Positions 40,308 through 52,000 of a DNA stretch of 64,000 nt are shown piece after piece. A program made the position numbers and the translations under genes. Origin of the DNA: Chrysochromulina tobinii (lineage: Eukaryota); the NCBI GenBank assembly GCA_001275005.1, contig JWZX01003399.1, positions 1 through 64,000 of the forward strand. The letters are read 5' to 3'. Position 1 is the stretch's first letter; each line of letters starts with the position of its first letter. Below the pieces are notes generated by a model, which saw only the letters and a list, made by a program, of their open reading frames with translations, was not told where the DNA came from and did no database searches.

Positions 40308-42119
40308 ATGGCTTTGGACTCGCTCCGTGAGAATGCCGCGGACCGAGCCGCTGTATACTTTGGTGAGCAGCAGTTGAGCACACCGTACAGTGATAGAAGA
40401 GTAGCTGTGCAAATTCTGGAGCAGCTCCGAGACGCACCGGAGCACGAAGAACTGCGGCGGCGGGCCCACGAGTTGATCAACGGTGCGGCGGCTGAGAACC
40501 CGCCGGCTGGTCTCAGTATCGATCCAAAGGAAGCCAAGGAGCTCGCCGCGTGGATGCACGATTTTCTTCCGGAGCCGCACGTGCTGCACTTGTGCAACTT
40601 TGCACGGACTGGCCGTGGGCTTGCCTCCGGCCCGGCAGGCCTTGAGGCGGGCGAGGTGGCGCTGCGTATTCCGGAGGAGCTCGTGCTGACGGCCGACCAT
40701 GCGCGTATGCACGCGCTTGCCGGCCCATGTCTGGCGCACTGCGGCGCTGAGGTCCATGAGGACGTGCTGCTCTCTTTCGCGCTTCTTCTCGAGACGAGGC
40801 CGGCGTGGGTGAGGTATCGCACGATGATGCCTAAAAGGCCGCCGTGCGCATTGATGTGGAGGCCGGCGCAGCTGCAGCGGATGCGTGGCACCCCGTTGGC
40901 TGATCAAACTGAGGCATTGCGCGACGCCCTTATCGAGCAGCACAAGATGCTCCTCAACCTCCTCCAGAGGGCCTTTGTCACCGAGCCGCAGCTCGAGCAT
41001 CAGATGATGTGGGATCACTTCATTTGGGCCTACTGCATCGTCGAGAGCCGCGGTGTGCGCCTAGCGCTCGGGCCGCCAGGGAGCGAGAAGTGCACGTGCC
41101 TGGTGCCCATCCTCGACATGTGTAATCACTCGCCCTCCGCAGCTCTCGGATGGCCCGCACGCGCCGCAGCCGAAAGTGGCGCCGTAGCGGGCGCCCCCGA
41201 TGGAACTGCGGCAGCCGTCAGCTCGAGCGCCGTCGCCGCTATGGGCATCTCGACCTTAACGGCCGGAGCGATCGGTTCAGGCGGCGTGCTCGAGGTGCGC
41301 ACGCTGCGCCCCCTCGCGCCAGGCGAGGAGGCATGCCTCTATTACGGTCCGCTCGCCTGCTTACAGACGCTCCAACACTATGGTTTCATCGACGCGCCGA
41401 TGCTCGCACACGAGGTCACGCAGATTGACCTCGAATATCCGGACGAGGAGGAGGAGGACGCGGTGGGTGCGGCGGCGCTGCACGCACTGCGTGCTCGGCT
41501 GCTAGCAGAGCACGGCCTGTCCACCTCGCCCCACTTTCTGCGCGCGCACGGCGAGATCGCCCCGAGATTGCTCCGAGCGCTTCGCATACTGACCATGGGA
41601 GCTGCGGACTTGAGAGCCTGTGCGGTACTGGATCCTGAGCTGCGGGCGAGCGCACTCGAAAATGCCTCGGGGATGACCGACGCGGCGGGCGCGCTCAGGT
41701 CCATTGCGGAGGGTATGGCCGAATCGCTTGTGATGGCCGCGGCGGCAAGCGCGGAGGCGGCAGCGGCGGAGGGCGAGGGCGCCGTGCCAGGCGCTGTGCC
41801 CGACGAGGCTGACGCTGACGTGGATGCCGCCATCGAATCGTACCTCGGCTTCCAGCGCCGCGTTCTTTGGCACACTCTGGGCGCGGCGGATGCGCTCGAG
41901 GCTGGCCATGGCGCACACGATGAGGCAGCAGGGGAGGTGGACGAGGACGAGGGTGCAGAGGAGGAGGAGGACGACGACAACGATGACGATGACGACGAGC
42001 TCGAAGTCAAAAATACTGTTGGCAAGGAGCCTGCGGCAACTGCCGATAGAGTCGGGAAGAAGCGTGCGTATGAGGATCGTCAGGCTGCTGCACGGAGTTC
42101 ACAAGCCAAGGGTTTTTAA
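40308..42119 (+). CDS. SET-domain lysine methyltransferase (Rubisco LSMT/SETD3-like)
   Basis: GRGL, LRIPEELVLT, FIWAY..VESR, LVPILDMCNHS, GEE....YG, LQHYGF; acidic tail. Confidence 0.88.
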   Translation: MALDSLRENAADRAAVYFGEQQLSTPYSDRRVAVQILEQLRDAPEHEELRRRAHELINGAAAENPPAGLSIDPKEAKELAAWMHDFLPEPHVLHLCNFARTGRGLASGPAGLEAGEVALRIPEELVLTADHARMHALAGPCLAHCGAEVHEDVLLSFALLLETRPAWVRYRTMMPKRPPCALMWRPAQLQRMRGTPLADQTEALRDALIEQHKMLLNLLQRAFVTEPQLEHQMMWDHFIWAYCIVESRGVRLALGPPGSEKCTCLVPILDMCNHSPSAALGWPARAAAESGAVAGAPDGTAAAVSSSAVAAMGISTLTAGAIGSGGVLEVRTLRPLAPGEEACLYYGPLACLQTLQHYGFIDAPMLAHEVTQIDLEYPDEEEEDAVGAAALHALRARLLAEHGLSTSPHFLRAHGEIAPRLLRALRILTMGAADLRACAVLDPELRASALENASGMTDAAGALRSIAEGMAESLVMAAAASAEAAAAEGEGAVPGAVPDEADADVDAAIESYLGFQRRVLWHTLGAADALEAGHGAHDEAAGEVDEDEGAEEEEDDDNDDDDDELEVKNTVGKEPAATADRVGKKRAYEDRQAAARSSQAKGF

Positions 42120-42286
42120 TTGAGCCGACTATAGAGACAATAAAAGGTTCATCAAAGTATTTTCACAGCAAAAAGGTATTTTCACAGCCCATCCAACGAA
42201 ATCATGAACGAAATCGGCGAGTGGCTCGACCCCTGTGTGGCTCCGGCTTCAGAAGCACTGAACACGAACGTTGCACGGGTCCGCGC

Positions 42287-42667
42287 ATGCTGCGGTCATC
42301 GCTGGGACCCAGATCAACGATACTACGTTCGTCGACGCTCTCTTCCTGTGCACGACTTTTGTGCTCGCGACCGTATGCTCTCATGGTGACGGTGAACGTC
42401 AGCCCTGAAAAGAAGGATGAGTTCCTCGCAATCATGGCCGCCGATGCCGTCGGAACACGTAACGAAGCTGAAAATCTGCGCTTCGACCTATTGGCCGACG
42501 AACAAGACAGCTCAAAGTTCTATCTGTACTCCGTTTACAAAAGCAAGCAAGGCCTGGATGCCCACCGCAAAACGCCACACTATAAAGCGTGGAACGACTT
42601 TCGTGCCTCGGGCGGTGTTGTGAGCCAGGAGGCCTCTAAGGCGTATGCCATCGAGTGGACGGGCTAA
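42287..42667 (+). CDS. ABM/LsrG-like cofactor-independent monooxygenase-fold protein, likely mitochondrial
   Basis: V.V.PEKKDEFL....TRNE.ENLRFDLL....KFYLY.VY......AHRKTPHYKAW; Arg/Ser-rich presequence. Confidence 0.8.
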   Translation: MLRSSLGPRSTILRSSTLSSCARLLCSRPYALMVTVNVSPEKKDEFLAIMAADAVGTRNEAENLRFDLLADEQDSSKFYLYSVYKSKQGLDAHRKTPHYKAWNDFRASGGVVSQEASKAYAIEWTG

Positions 42668-42917
42668 ATCGTTTGAACCTACTCGAATACGCCAAAATTT
42701 CGTCACGCACTGAGGACTATGGCGAACAGCCGCACCTGGGCGCCAAGGGCCTATGGTCGTTTCGTGTGAATACAGGATTCTCTCAGTGCTATAAATCACC
42801 ACGAGAAAGCTCAAATTAACGTGAACGTGAACCGCGAGAAAGCTCCTTCGTAGAATTCGACACTATTCACATCTGCAGACCGTGAGGTTACATGTAACTT
42901 CATTTGTGCATGTGGAG

Positions 42918-44513
42918 ATGGAGATTTCTCTGGCAAAGAGGACGGCTGCGGGGCGGCGGGGTGCCCTCTCCGCCGGCTTGAAGGAGGCGCAAAAAGAAAA
43001 AGCCAGTGCCAAAGCGACCGTGTCACTCGATGACCTTTCAGATGATGACGACGAGACCAACCTATTGTGTGCCGCTTGCCTGAGCGGCCGTGTGCCCGTC
43101 GTGCGTAAGGCGCTGAAAGCGACATGCACAGACGTTAACGCTGTGGGCAGTCAGGGTACGACACCACTCTTCATCGCAAGTCAAGGGGGCCACAGCGAGA
43201 TTGTCTCAATCCTACTCGCGGCGCAGGCGGATCCCTCGCAGGCCTGTTTTGGCGGCGCCACTCCGCTTTACATGGCGAGCTCGCGCAACCACGCCGAGGT
43301 CGTGCGGCTGCTCGTGCGTGCCGGCGCTCCCGTGGACGCCCTCGCCAACGGCTACTACACGCCACTGCTGGCAGCCGTGTCACACGGCTGCGATGAGGCG
43401 GCACGCACTCTACTCGCCGAGGGCGCGGACGTGCACGTTCGCTCGGACAAGTGGGGTACCTATGTGCATGCGGCGGCCAAGAGCGGCAAGGTGGACATGC
43501 TCAAGATACTCATCGCCTTCGATGCCGATCTCGAGGCGCTGTTTGATGGACTCGCGGCGCAGGCGCTCGCGGAGCGTCGCGGACACACTGAGGCGGCCAA
43601 CCTGTTGCGTAAGGCCATTGAGCGCCGCGCGCAGCGTGTGGCGGCGCAGGAGCTGGCTCGCGATGCGGCGCACGCAGTTTGCGACAACTCGACCCCCGAA
43701 GCACTTGCTGCCGCCTACGCCGAGGCCGTCGAGCGCCGTGATGCAGAACGCTCGTCGAATGCGTTGAACGCAGCCGCCTCTGAGCTCGAGGGCGCTTCAG
43801 CGCTGACGCCCGAGGAGGCGGAGGCAGCGCGGCTGGCGGCCGAGAAGAAGGCCCAGAAGCGTGCGAGGCAGAAGGCGCGCAAGCAGGAGGAGGCGGCGGA
43901 GGCGGCGCTGACGGCCGAGGCGGCAGCGGCCGCAGCTGCTGCGTCGACAGCAGCCGCGGCCTCTGCGACGCCGGGCTACAACAGCAGCCTCGGCGATGCG
44001 GCGGTGATGAGCGCTAGTCCCTCCCTCAAGTCACCGTTGCAGCACGCGCGTGCCGCAGAGGGCGAGTATACCACACGCGCCTCGCCGCCGATGTCCGTGG
44101 ATGACATGCGCCGCGCAGACGTGCGGCTTGCGGAACGCACCCTAGCGGAACTCTCGATGGGTGCGGCGAGGAGACTGGCGCACAGCGTGGCCGTCGAGGA
44201 GGTCGCGTCTGGGCTGCACAAGGAGGAGGTGCAGAACCAGCTGCGGATGCTGGCCGGCGGCGCCGCACGGCGCGAGGCCGCGGCGCATGCTGTAGAGGAG
44301 GTGGTGGCTGCGGCTCAGAAGGACGAGAAGAGAAGCAAGCTACGCGCCCTCGTGGGCGCGGCGATGCGGCGCGACGCGACGACGCAGGCGCTCGCCATCC
44401 GAGCGAGGCTCGAGGGAGGTGAGGACGCCGAAGAGGCAGAAGAGACGCCGTCCGTGGCGCCGGCGGAGGACTCCGAGCCACAGCGAGCTGGTGGCTGTGT
44501 GGACGTCTCTTGA
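42918..44513 (+). CDS. Ankyrin repeat protein with coiled-coil C-terminus
   Basis: G.TPLFIASQGGH.EIV..LL, ATPLYMAS..NH.EVVRLL, TPLLAA..G; 5-6 repeats. Confidence 0.88.
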   Translation: MEISLAKRTAAGRRGALSAGLKEAQKEKASAKATVSLDDLSDDDDETNLLCAACLSGRVPVVRKALKATCTDVNAVGSQGTTPLFIASQGGHSEIVSILLAAQADPSQACFGGATPLYMASSRNHAEVVRLLVRAGAPVDALANGYYTPLLAAVSHGCDEAARTLLAEGADVHVRSDKWGTYVHAAAKSGKVDMLKILIAFDADLEALFDGLAAQALAERRGHTEAANLLRKAIERRAQRVAAQELARDAAHAVCDNSTPEALAAAYAEAVERRDAERSSNALNAAASELEGASALTPEEAEAARLAAEKKAQKRARQKARKQEEAAEAALTAEAAAAAAAASTAAAASATPGYNSSLGDAAVMSASPSLKSPLQHARAAEGEYTTRASPPMSVDDMRRADVRLAERTLAELSMGAARRLAHSVAVEEVASGLHKEEVQNQLRMLAGGAARREAAAHAVEEVVAAAQKDEKRSKLRALVGAAMRRDATTQALAIRARLEGGEDAEEAEETPSVAPAEDSEPQRAGGCVDVS

Positions 44514-44897
44514 TGTCTTGAACACGTTACTTGCGGCACGCAGCACGGCCACCGTGCAGACGCCCATTAATATTTTGAGTTTTGTTGGTTTTCCAAGAGA
44601 AGCCTTGGGTCTCGTGGTCGAATGCTGTCGTGCTCGGCGAAGACAAGAGTGACCCGAAGCCATTGTGAAGCTCTTCGGAAAGATAGACGAAGACAAACAC
44701 TAGCGGTTGCATTGAGCCGTCAGAGTCGTGCTCGCCGCAGAGCTGAAGGAACCGTGAACACACCCGGAATAAAAGTGGAAGGAAAGAAGGCGGCTGAGGT
44801 GCTCGAAAAGCAGGTCAAGGAAAAGCGCCGCGCTTCCACAAAAGATTCGAGAGTCTCCGCCGGTTCTTTGCTCTCTGGTAGGAACCTATGTGCTCTA

Positions 44898-44981
44898 GTG
44901 AGCGCCTCCCACGCACGCCTTTTCGGGGCTTGTGGGTGTGTGTCTGGCCGAGAGGGCCCTGAAACGAACGAACGAACGAGA
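44898..44981 (+). mobile_element. ~80-bp SINE-like dispersed element, copy 1
   Basis: Near-identical to the reverse complement of 63684-63760; (GAAC)n tail; flanked by AGGAACCTA direct repeats at 44880-44888 and 44982-44990. Confidence 0.7.
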
Positions 44982-44995
44982 AGGAACCTACATGT

Positions 44996-46507
44996 ATGTG
45001 CATGCAAAGTGTGCGACGAAAAAAAAATATTAGAAAGGAATCATATGTTCGTATCCGGATAGAGAGCTTCATCCAAATGGTCACGGTCGAGCAATGCTTG
45101 GAGCATGGCTCATGGCATCCCGCGTCGGGAAAGCATGCCATGCGAAACCTTTCCATTCTTCTCTCCAAGGAATCCAAGTACTTGTGCAGCGATCGGCGGC
45201 AGGAGCGTCTCAGCCTCCAACGGCACCAGTGGACGGGTGACTCAAACGAGTGTGCACAGCTTCTCATCGACCCACTCTCACCTGAGCTGCGGCTCGGTAA
45301 TCTTACAGCTGGAGACAAGAGGCTCGGCACGAGCCTGGCAATCGCTCCCGTCCACATCGCCTTCCTCGGCGACTCCGTTGGCGCTCAGGCGATTGCGGCG
45401 CTTTCAGCTGCAATCAACATCAAAGCTAGTCTGCGACGAGTGCGCTTCGTGGACAAGTCATCGTCATTCTGCAGGCTCAACTGCCATCTGGCGACGATTC
45501 CGTCGAGCCAGGAGGGCTGTTTGAGCCTCCTAGACTCGATCGACTGGCCAAGCAGTGGACGAGGCTCCCAGGCTCGACAGAACGGCAAGCTGCCACCTGC
45601 TGACGCACAAAAGGGCAACTCGCCTGCTGCTCGGCGTGTCCTCCTCGTCGGCGCCGGCATGTGGTACAACCTGAAGCCGTACTGCAACGGAACAGGTGGC
45701 AGCTTATTCGGGAACGCGGCCGGCACGCCTTGCCAGAAAACTGTACTTGGACACCACGTCAAGCCCGAGGACCTCTCCCTCGACCACACCGACCCGCTCC
45801 ACACACACCCTCGGCAGTTTTGGCGGCAGTACCACCGTCACTTTGGCATGCCGCCGTGGGGCTGGTACAGCTGGGGGCGGCGGCTGCAGGGCACCGCGAC
45901 CATCGCCGAGTATGAGAGCGACGTGGCCTCCTTCCTGGATGCGGCGCTGCCCTGGGCGCGCAATCGGTCCGTCCACCTCATATGGATGGAGTCCACCCCT
46001 CAGCACTTTGGCACAGAAGCACGATGCCAGGAGGTGCCGGCGTCGCCCATGGAACCTGGCCCGTGGCCCGTGCAGCTCGAGGCGCTGTGCCGCCGCGCTC
46101 GTGGCCCTAGCAATCGCGGGGATGGGCTTAGGGATGGGCGCGAGCTGATGGCCACCGAGTGCCAGGGAGATTGGCGCAATCATATGGTTCGGCCGCTGCT
46201 CCGTGCTCGTGGAGTCCCTTTTGTGCCCCTGGCGGCCGCGCTGAGCACGCGCTCGCATCTGCACACGGGCGGTAGCGGCGACTGCACGCACTGGTGCGAG
46301 GGCACCGAGGCGTCGCTCTTCATGGCAACGGCCCTACTCAATACCATTGCAAGCGTGTTGGCTGGCCCGCAGGCCCGGGGGCTGACTGAGCCACTGTGTG
46401 GGGGGCGGGTGGCGGGGCGGGGGTGCAGGATGCGCCAAGGGGCTGGGATGCGCGGAAGCTACGCGGAAGCGGAAAGTGAAAACTTCAAGTCCGGCATTGG
46501 TGTGTGA
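44996..46507 (+). CDS. SGNH/PC-esterase (TBL-like O-acetyltransferase/esterase)
   Basis: IAFLGDS, G.GMWYN, W.E.TPQHF, WRN, GDCTHWC (DxxH). Confidence 0.8.
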   Translation: MCMQSVRRKKNIRKESYVRIRIESFIQMVTVEQCLEHGSWHPASGKHAMRNLSILLSKESKYLCSDRRQERLSLQRHQWTGDSNECAQLLIDPLSPELRLGNLTAGDKRLGTSLAIAPVHIAFLGDSVGAQAIAALSAAINIKASLRRVRFVDKSSSFCRLNCHLATIPSSQEGCLSLLDSIDWPSSGRGSQARQNGKLPPADAQKGNSPAARRVLLVGAGMWYNLKPYCNGTGGSLFGNAAGTPCQKTVLGHHVKPEDLSLDHTDPLHTHPRQFWRQYHRHFGMPPWGWYSWGRRLQGTATIAEYESDVASFLDAALPWARNRSVHLIWMESTPQHFGTEARCQEVPASPMEPGPWPVQLEALCRRARGPSNRGDGLRDGRELMATECQGDWRNHMVRPLLRARGVPFVPLAAALSTRSHLHTGGSGDCTHWCEGTEASLFMATALLNTIASVLAGPQARGLTEPLCGGRVAGRGCRMRQGAGMRGSYAEAESENFKSGIGV

Positions 46508-46854
46508 ACGATTTGCTCAGCACGGTAGTTCGCGCGTGCGCTAGCGGGGAGCGCCGGCCTGTGCGCTGTGCCCCACCTTGGTGCCCCACCACTTCGCGAG
46601 GGTGGGCTCGCAGACTGCAGGTCGCTCTAACTCTCCTGCAGAGCTCCTGCAGCTAGATTACCGATCCAGGTGATGGGTCCCTCTATGTATTTTCTCTCAG
46701 TCCCTCAAGAAGAAAAAATCCAAAAGCCCCTTGAAGAAAGCCCAAGAATGACTGTTTTTCTTGCGTTTTGTAGGATGCGCCACGAGCGCTCGGTTGGCTT
46801 GAGCTGATCTTTCTGAAAGAATTTCCCAGAGACGCTGCTCCTTAGGCGTACACG

Positions 46855-47514
46855 GTGTGCGAAATTAACGTGAACGTGAACACGGTGTGCGACGACCTGA
46901 CTTTTCGTGAGAAAAAAAGTTTCACACGAATTGTTGTTCACACGGGACGGGCGCGCGCGCGCAATGTATACGGAGTTGCGCATCCCGCGCGCGCGCGCGC
47001 GCGCCGCTTGCTTGTGGCCGCGCTTGTGAGCAGCTCCTTATCGAGGCTCAATCCAGCATTCGCAGCGCCAGCTTCTCGATTCGAGTCGCTGCTGGTAGCA
47101 CAAGCAAAGCTCAAACTCGTGAACGAGCTGGTTGCAGATCCGGCACGTTGGCCAGAGGTTGAAGCTATGCTCAAGGCGCCACCGTTGGAAAATTCGGCAC
47201 TTTCCAAAGCATTCGAAGCCGTAGTTGATCCTCCAACTGCCAAGGATCGTCTCATGGATCAAGCCGCCTTCATCGTGTACTATGAGGAGGTGCGCTACAA
47301 TGACAGGAGGTTAGAGCCACAGACACCAAGCCGTCGAGCGACCCAGAACGGGCTCAAAAGGGAGGTCCTGCGCGCAGTCGCCGACGAACTTGCTGAGGTG
47401 AGCTTCTTGGTCCAACAGAAGGCTGGCATTGCAGACGCCGATGACCTGCGCATGTACTTGAGCACGGCACAAAAGGCCCTGGATGACTTTCTAACATTGA
47501 GCGGCGCCAAGTAG
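46855..47514 (+). CDS. Hypothetical helical protein, possibly thylakoid lumen (start unresolved)
   Basis: RR-hydrophobic-AFA Tat-like signal followed by a helical domain; no in-frame upstream ATG. Confidence 0.5.
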   Translation: MCEINVNVNTVCDDLTFREKKSFTRIVVHTGRARARNVYGVAHPARARARRLLVAALVSSSLSRLNPAFAAPASRFESLLVAQAKLKLVNELVADPARWPEVEAMLKAPPLENSALSKAFEAVVDPPTAKDRLMDQAAFIVYYEEVRYNDRRLEPQTPSRRATQNGLKREVLRAVADELAEVSFLVQQKAGIADADDLRMYLSTAQKALDDFLTLSGAK

Positions 47515-47722
47515 TCTGTTCACATGCATGTAATAAAATAGGGCGCCCGTGCGTGCAGCCTTTTAGGAACCAGGCTCACCTTCATACAGTGAATATTCTG
47601 GTATACGACGGAGGTACCACTCGCAGTCGCTTGGTAGACGAGGCTCTGCCGTCTGCGACGTCAGTCGCGGGGCGCACTGGCGGACTCGACTCGCTCGGCA
47701 GCGGCGGCGAATCGGGCAGCAC

Positions 47723-48549
47723 CTAGGCGCCGCCGCCGCTGCCGCTGCCGCCGCCGCTGCCCTCGCCGCCACCCTCGCCCTCGAGCACCTCGCCCGTCGG
47801 CCGAAGGTCGGCCACGCGAATCCTGCTGCCGCCCGCGCCATCGAAGCTGGCCTCCTCGAGGGCGGCAACTGCGGCTGCCGAGGCGGCATGCGCCTTTTGG
47901 AAGCGATGGCGCGAGAGGGCCTCGGCGACGAGCTCCTGCTTGGTGCGCCCTTCGAAGACGCGCTGCATCACCAAATTGCGGTACCTGGCCACGCATGCAG
48001 GCGACGCGCAGAGATGTGGGGCGATGCGCAGAGGTGAGGCAAGGAGGACAGCCACGCGAGCGGGTGTGCGCGTGCGCGGCATGGGAGGCGGAACGGAAAA
48101 GGCGGCACATTAGGCGCAGGCTCGGCGGCGGGCAGACGAACGTACTCCCATTTCGCCCGCTCCGTCGCGTCGGCCTCGAGGTCGATGGCGCCTTCTGGCC
48201 GCTTCGGCAAGAACGGGTTGCGTGCCTCTTTGTCAAAGGCCGGCAGGCTCGACTTCTTAAAGGTGAGGTAGCGCAGCACGTGCGGGCTGGTGCGCAGCTG
48301 GCCCTCGAGCTGATGGAGCGTGGGCGGCGAGCAGTACACGTCCATCGACACGTATTGCGCCGAGTAGTGGTTCTCAGACTGCTTTCGGATCCGGTAGGCC
48401 AGATCGCGTGCACCCCACGGCCGTATGTCGGCGAGCACGGCGCCGCGCGACCAGAGCGACTTGGCGCAGTTCTGGAGCAAGCTCGTAAGCTGGACGGTCG
48501 CACCCTTGCCCGACTTGGTCATCATGACGACCTCGTAAAGCGGGGCCAT
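47723..48549 (-). CDS. rps6: Mitochondrial ribosomal protein bS6m with C-terminal extension; intron 47985-48145
   Basis: PLYE.V..., GAVLADI..WG.R.LAYRIRK..ENH...Y, L.TSPHVLRY; the splice gives KWEYRNLVMQRVFEGRTKQE. Confidence 0.85.
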
Positions 48550-49022
48550 TGCGCCGCGCCGCGAGACGCTTCTACAAACTCTTCTACACACCTCCGCTGC
48601 GGCTGCTGTGAAACATTGGCTGTGAAACACAAACGCGCACACTCAGAAGCCAGTCAGTCAGTCAGTCAGTTTCGTCGCGGTCCCCCCGCGCGCAGATGCC
48701 AAAATCACAATGGTCTCACTTTGTCCGTTCATTCAACACAACGCGAAACCGAACACTGACCCTCGCACACAGACAGAGCCAGAGGAAGACGAGGTTTATG
48801 TCTCTACAGATGGACGTGTGACCGACGGGGCCCGTCTACGACAACACATCGTAACAGGACCACGCCATCGGTGGTAGATACGCTCACTTGGCCCCAGCAT
48901 TCAGCCTTTGCCGGTTGATAACCGGAATAGCGTGGAGGCCACTCACGTGGCACCAGCGTCGAGCCCTGGCGCGGGCTCGAATGCACCATGTCACGTGTAG
49001 TAACTCAAACTCCTATCCAAAC

Positions 49023-52000
49023 TCATTCCTCCTCATCCTCTTCCGCAATCGCAAGCTTTGCCCTCTTCTTGGTGTTCTTCTTGTAGGTCTCTCCCGCTTT
49101 ACCGTTAGAGCTTTTCGGCGTTGGGGGAGCAGGCGTGGTCCGACCGGAAGCTTCTCCTTTATTGCGAGAGCTGTCTTTAGGGCTGTCCTTAAAGCTTTTT
49201 TCGAGTTTTCGGCTCGATGGAATCGAGCGCACCGTCGGCGGTCGAGAATCAGGCTTCTTGCCCAATGGGTTCTTTCGGTCCGTCGCAAGATCCGCCGCTC
49301 CGTCGTCACTGGGCGGTCTTTGCTTTCCTGGCGATTGGACAGCCGCCTGCTTATTCGACATAGTCAATCGGGTGGGGGATGCTGCGTATGGCGTTTTTAA
49401 AATATGCTGGATCTTGTCGGGCCTGAGGAAGCTGCCGTGGCCGGCCTCGCACGTAAAGTAACGCGTACCACCCAAGGAGCCATCGTTCTTTCCGTTGGCT
49501 TCCGCAAACTCCACGCCTATCCAGAATCCCGGAGCGACCTCAGGCGCTTTGCCGACAAATCGAATGGTCGCTTTGCGCAGCATAGGTTCACCCTCTGGTG
49601 ATTCCGTCGTCACTTGGACCAGTTCGTTTACCTTGAACTGCACAGCCAGATCGGCCATGTACAAATCTGTCACCTCTTCAGGTTTCGTGACCTTTCTTGT
49701 GATCATCCATAGCTCGGGATTGGCTTCGAGTTTGTCTCGGAAGCGAGCGAGCAGTACCTCGCTCGCACCCTTCGTTGGGCTCGTTCGCCGCCCCGGTAGC
49801 AGGCTCGTCGGCATCATGACCATCGGGGCGCAGTAGTCGATCAAGGGAGCGGGATTGCTCTTTATGCGCGGGCTAAAGACTCGGGGCGACTGGAATGGCA
49901 ACGACAGCTGCAGCGGTCCAACTGACGTCGTCTCAGATGAAGGTGTGCTGATCAGATTTAGAATCTCCTCCACTTGCGAGCGCATGAACGCGTCTTTCAT
50001 AAATCGAAGCATCTGCAACGTATCCACAGCTGAAGCTCTCGGCGCATCGAAAGCATTTTTGCCGGGTCCGGAAGACTCAGGGATTTCCCCTTGTGGCCTG
50101 TTAATCGCGGCGAGCATCTCCGCACGTGCGCTTTGAGTCTTCCCAAGAGTCACAAGTGTCGTCGCTGCCAACTTCTGCATCTCACCCGTCGTATTCACGA
50201 GCAGGTCCACCAGCTTGATGATCAACCCTTCGCGCCGAGCAATTTTGGTGCGGTACCTGGTCTCTTGAGAAAGACCCCACAGCCCCTTGAGCACGTGTTC
50301 CACAACGGCATTAGAGGGGCTGTGGTCGCACAAGATGTCCATGAAGACAATCAGGCCGCCAGCGTCCACGATCAACGCTCGATTCGCACTCTGCGTGCAC
50401 GCAAACTCCGAGAGGACGGTGGCCACCGCCTCTTGCACTGATTCTTCCTGTGCTTCGTCCGCGTCCTGTCCAGCTCCGGTGGGTGCCGCTCCCGGGGCCG
50501 CGGATGAAGCAGGACGCGCCTGTGTTTGTGTTGTTGCGTACTGAGAGGACTGTTTTGCCCCCGAGGGCGGAGTAGAGTTTGATGGAGTCAGAGTCACCTT
50601 TGACTTGCTGTTCCGGCGCAGGCAGGTGACCAGAGACTGAATTCCGTTGAGCTGCACGAAGAGCACCTTGGTGTCTGTCGACGAACAGAGCTGCCATAGC
50701 GTGCGTGCGGCACATTTTTGCGATTGAGCTGAGCCATGCGTGAGTAACTTGACCAGCGGTTGGACACTATTCATGCCAACGATCATCGGTTTGTGCTCAG
50801 CTACTACCGAGAGGTGCCAAAGTGCACATGCTGCGTGAGCTTGCGACTCCCTGCATGAGCTCGATAGCATGACAACTAGAGGCTGGAGCCCGCCCTCCCG
50901 TACGACATCAATCTTGCTCTCGGGCAGGCGCACCAGCTCAGAGAGCACTAGCGCTGCACGCTCAGGCGGCGTGTGAAGGTCAGAGCGCTGGCCATTGCCA
51001 AGCAGTTGCACCAGCGGCGGGATGGCCCCTGCTGACGCAATGGTCGACCGTGCGGCTGGACAGCGCTCCAGAAGCATTGCCAGGCACTCTGCCGCCTTGA
51101 GCTGCGCCGATGTGTTGCGGCCGGAGAGCACGGCAACCAATGGCTTCACGACGGTGGCACGGTTGCTTGGATTGAGGCCCAAGCGGAGCATAGCGAGCTG
51201 CGCCCATTCCTGAGTTTCGGACAACTCGGAGGAGAGGAGATCAGCCAGCGGGATGGCAGCATGAATGAGAGCGAGCTGGTTCTCCTCGTTCTCGTGCGCA
51301 AGCAAGCTCACGGCACGGGCCGCAAACATCTTCGCCGCCAAATTGCCTGTAGAGAGAAGCGTGATGAGTGGTTTGATGCCTCCGTGATTCGCAACGAGCA
51401 GCTTGTTGTCGGCAAGGTCGCTCAGCATCGCCACGGCAAGCGCTGCGTTCTCGCATATGGCGGGCTTCGTATCCTGAAGCAATCGGATCAGTAGCGGGAT
51501 CGCGCCCTTTTGTGCTATCTCTGCCTGGTTGTTCGGATTGTCGACGGCAAGCGTGGCGATCGACTCGCAAGCCGCCTCATATCCTTCTGGGCTGGCGTGC
51601 TTCTCCAGCATGCTCACCAGCGGCGCAATGGCTAGGGCTTGCGCCACGCGCACCTGAAGAGGCTTGTTACCGCGACAGATAGCCGCGAGGGCGCGCGCCG
51701 CGCCCAGCCTCAGTGCATCAGTTTTCGAAAGCCATTTGACAAGTGGTTCGATGGCTTCGCAGACCAGTTTCTGGCGATCGACGTCGTCGGCGGCCAGATG
51801 GGCCAGCCCGGTCGCAGCCGCGCGCATCGCCGTCAGCGAGAGCGTTTTCTCTGCGCTGAGCGCCTCGATGAGCAGTCGAATACCCTTCGCTTTGATGATC
51901 TCATTGTGATTCTCATTATCCTCCGCAATGAAGGCGAGCACGCAGATGGCGTGCTCCTGTGATTGAGGACTGATCTTGCCGAGGGACAGCGACTGAATGA

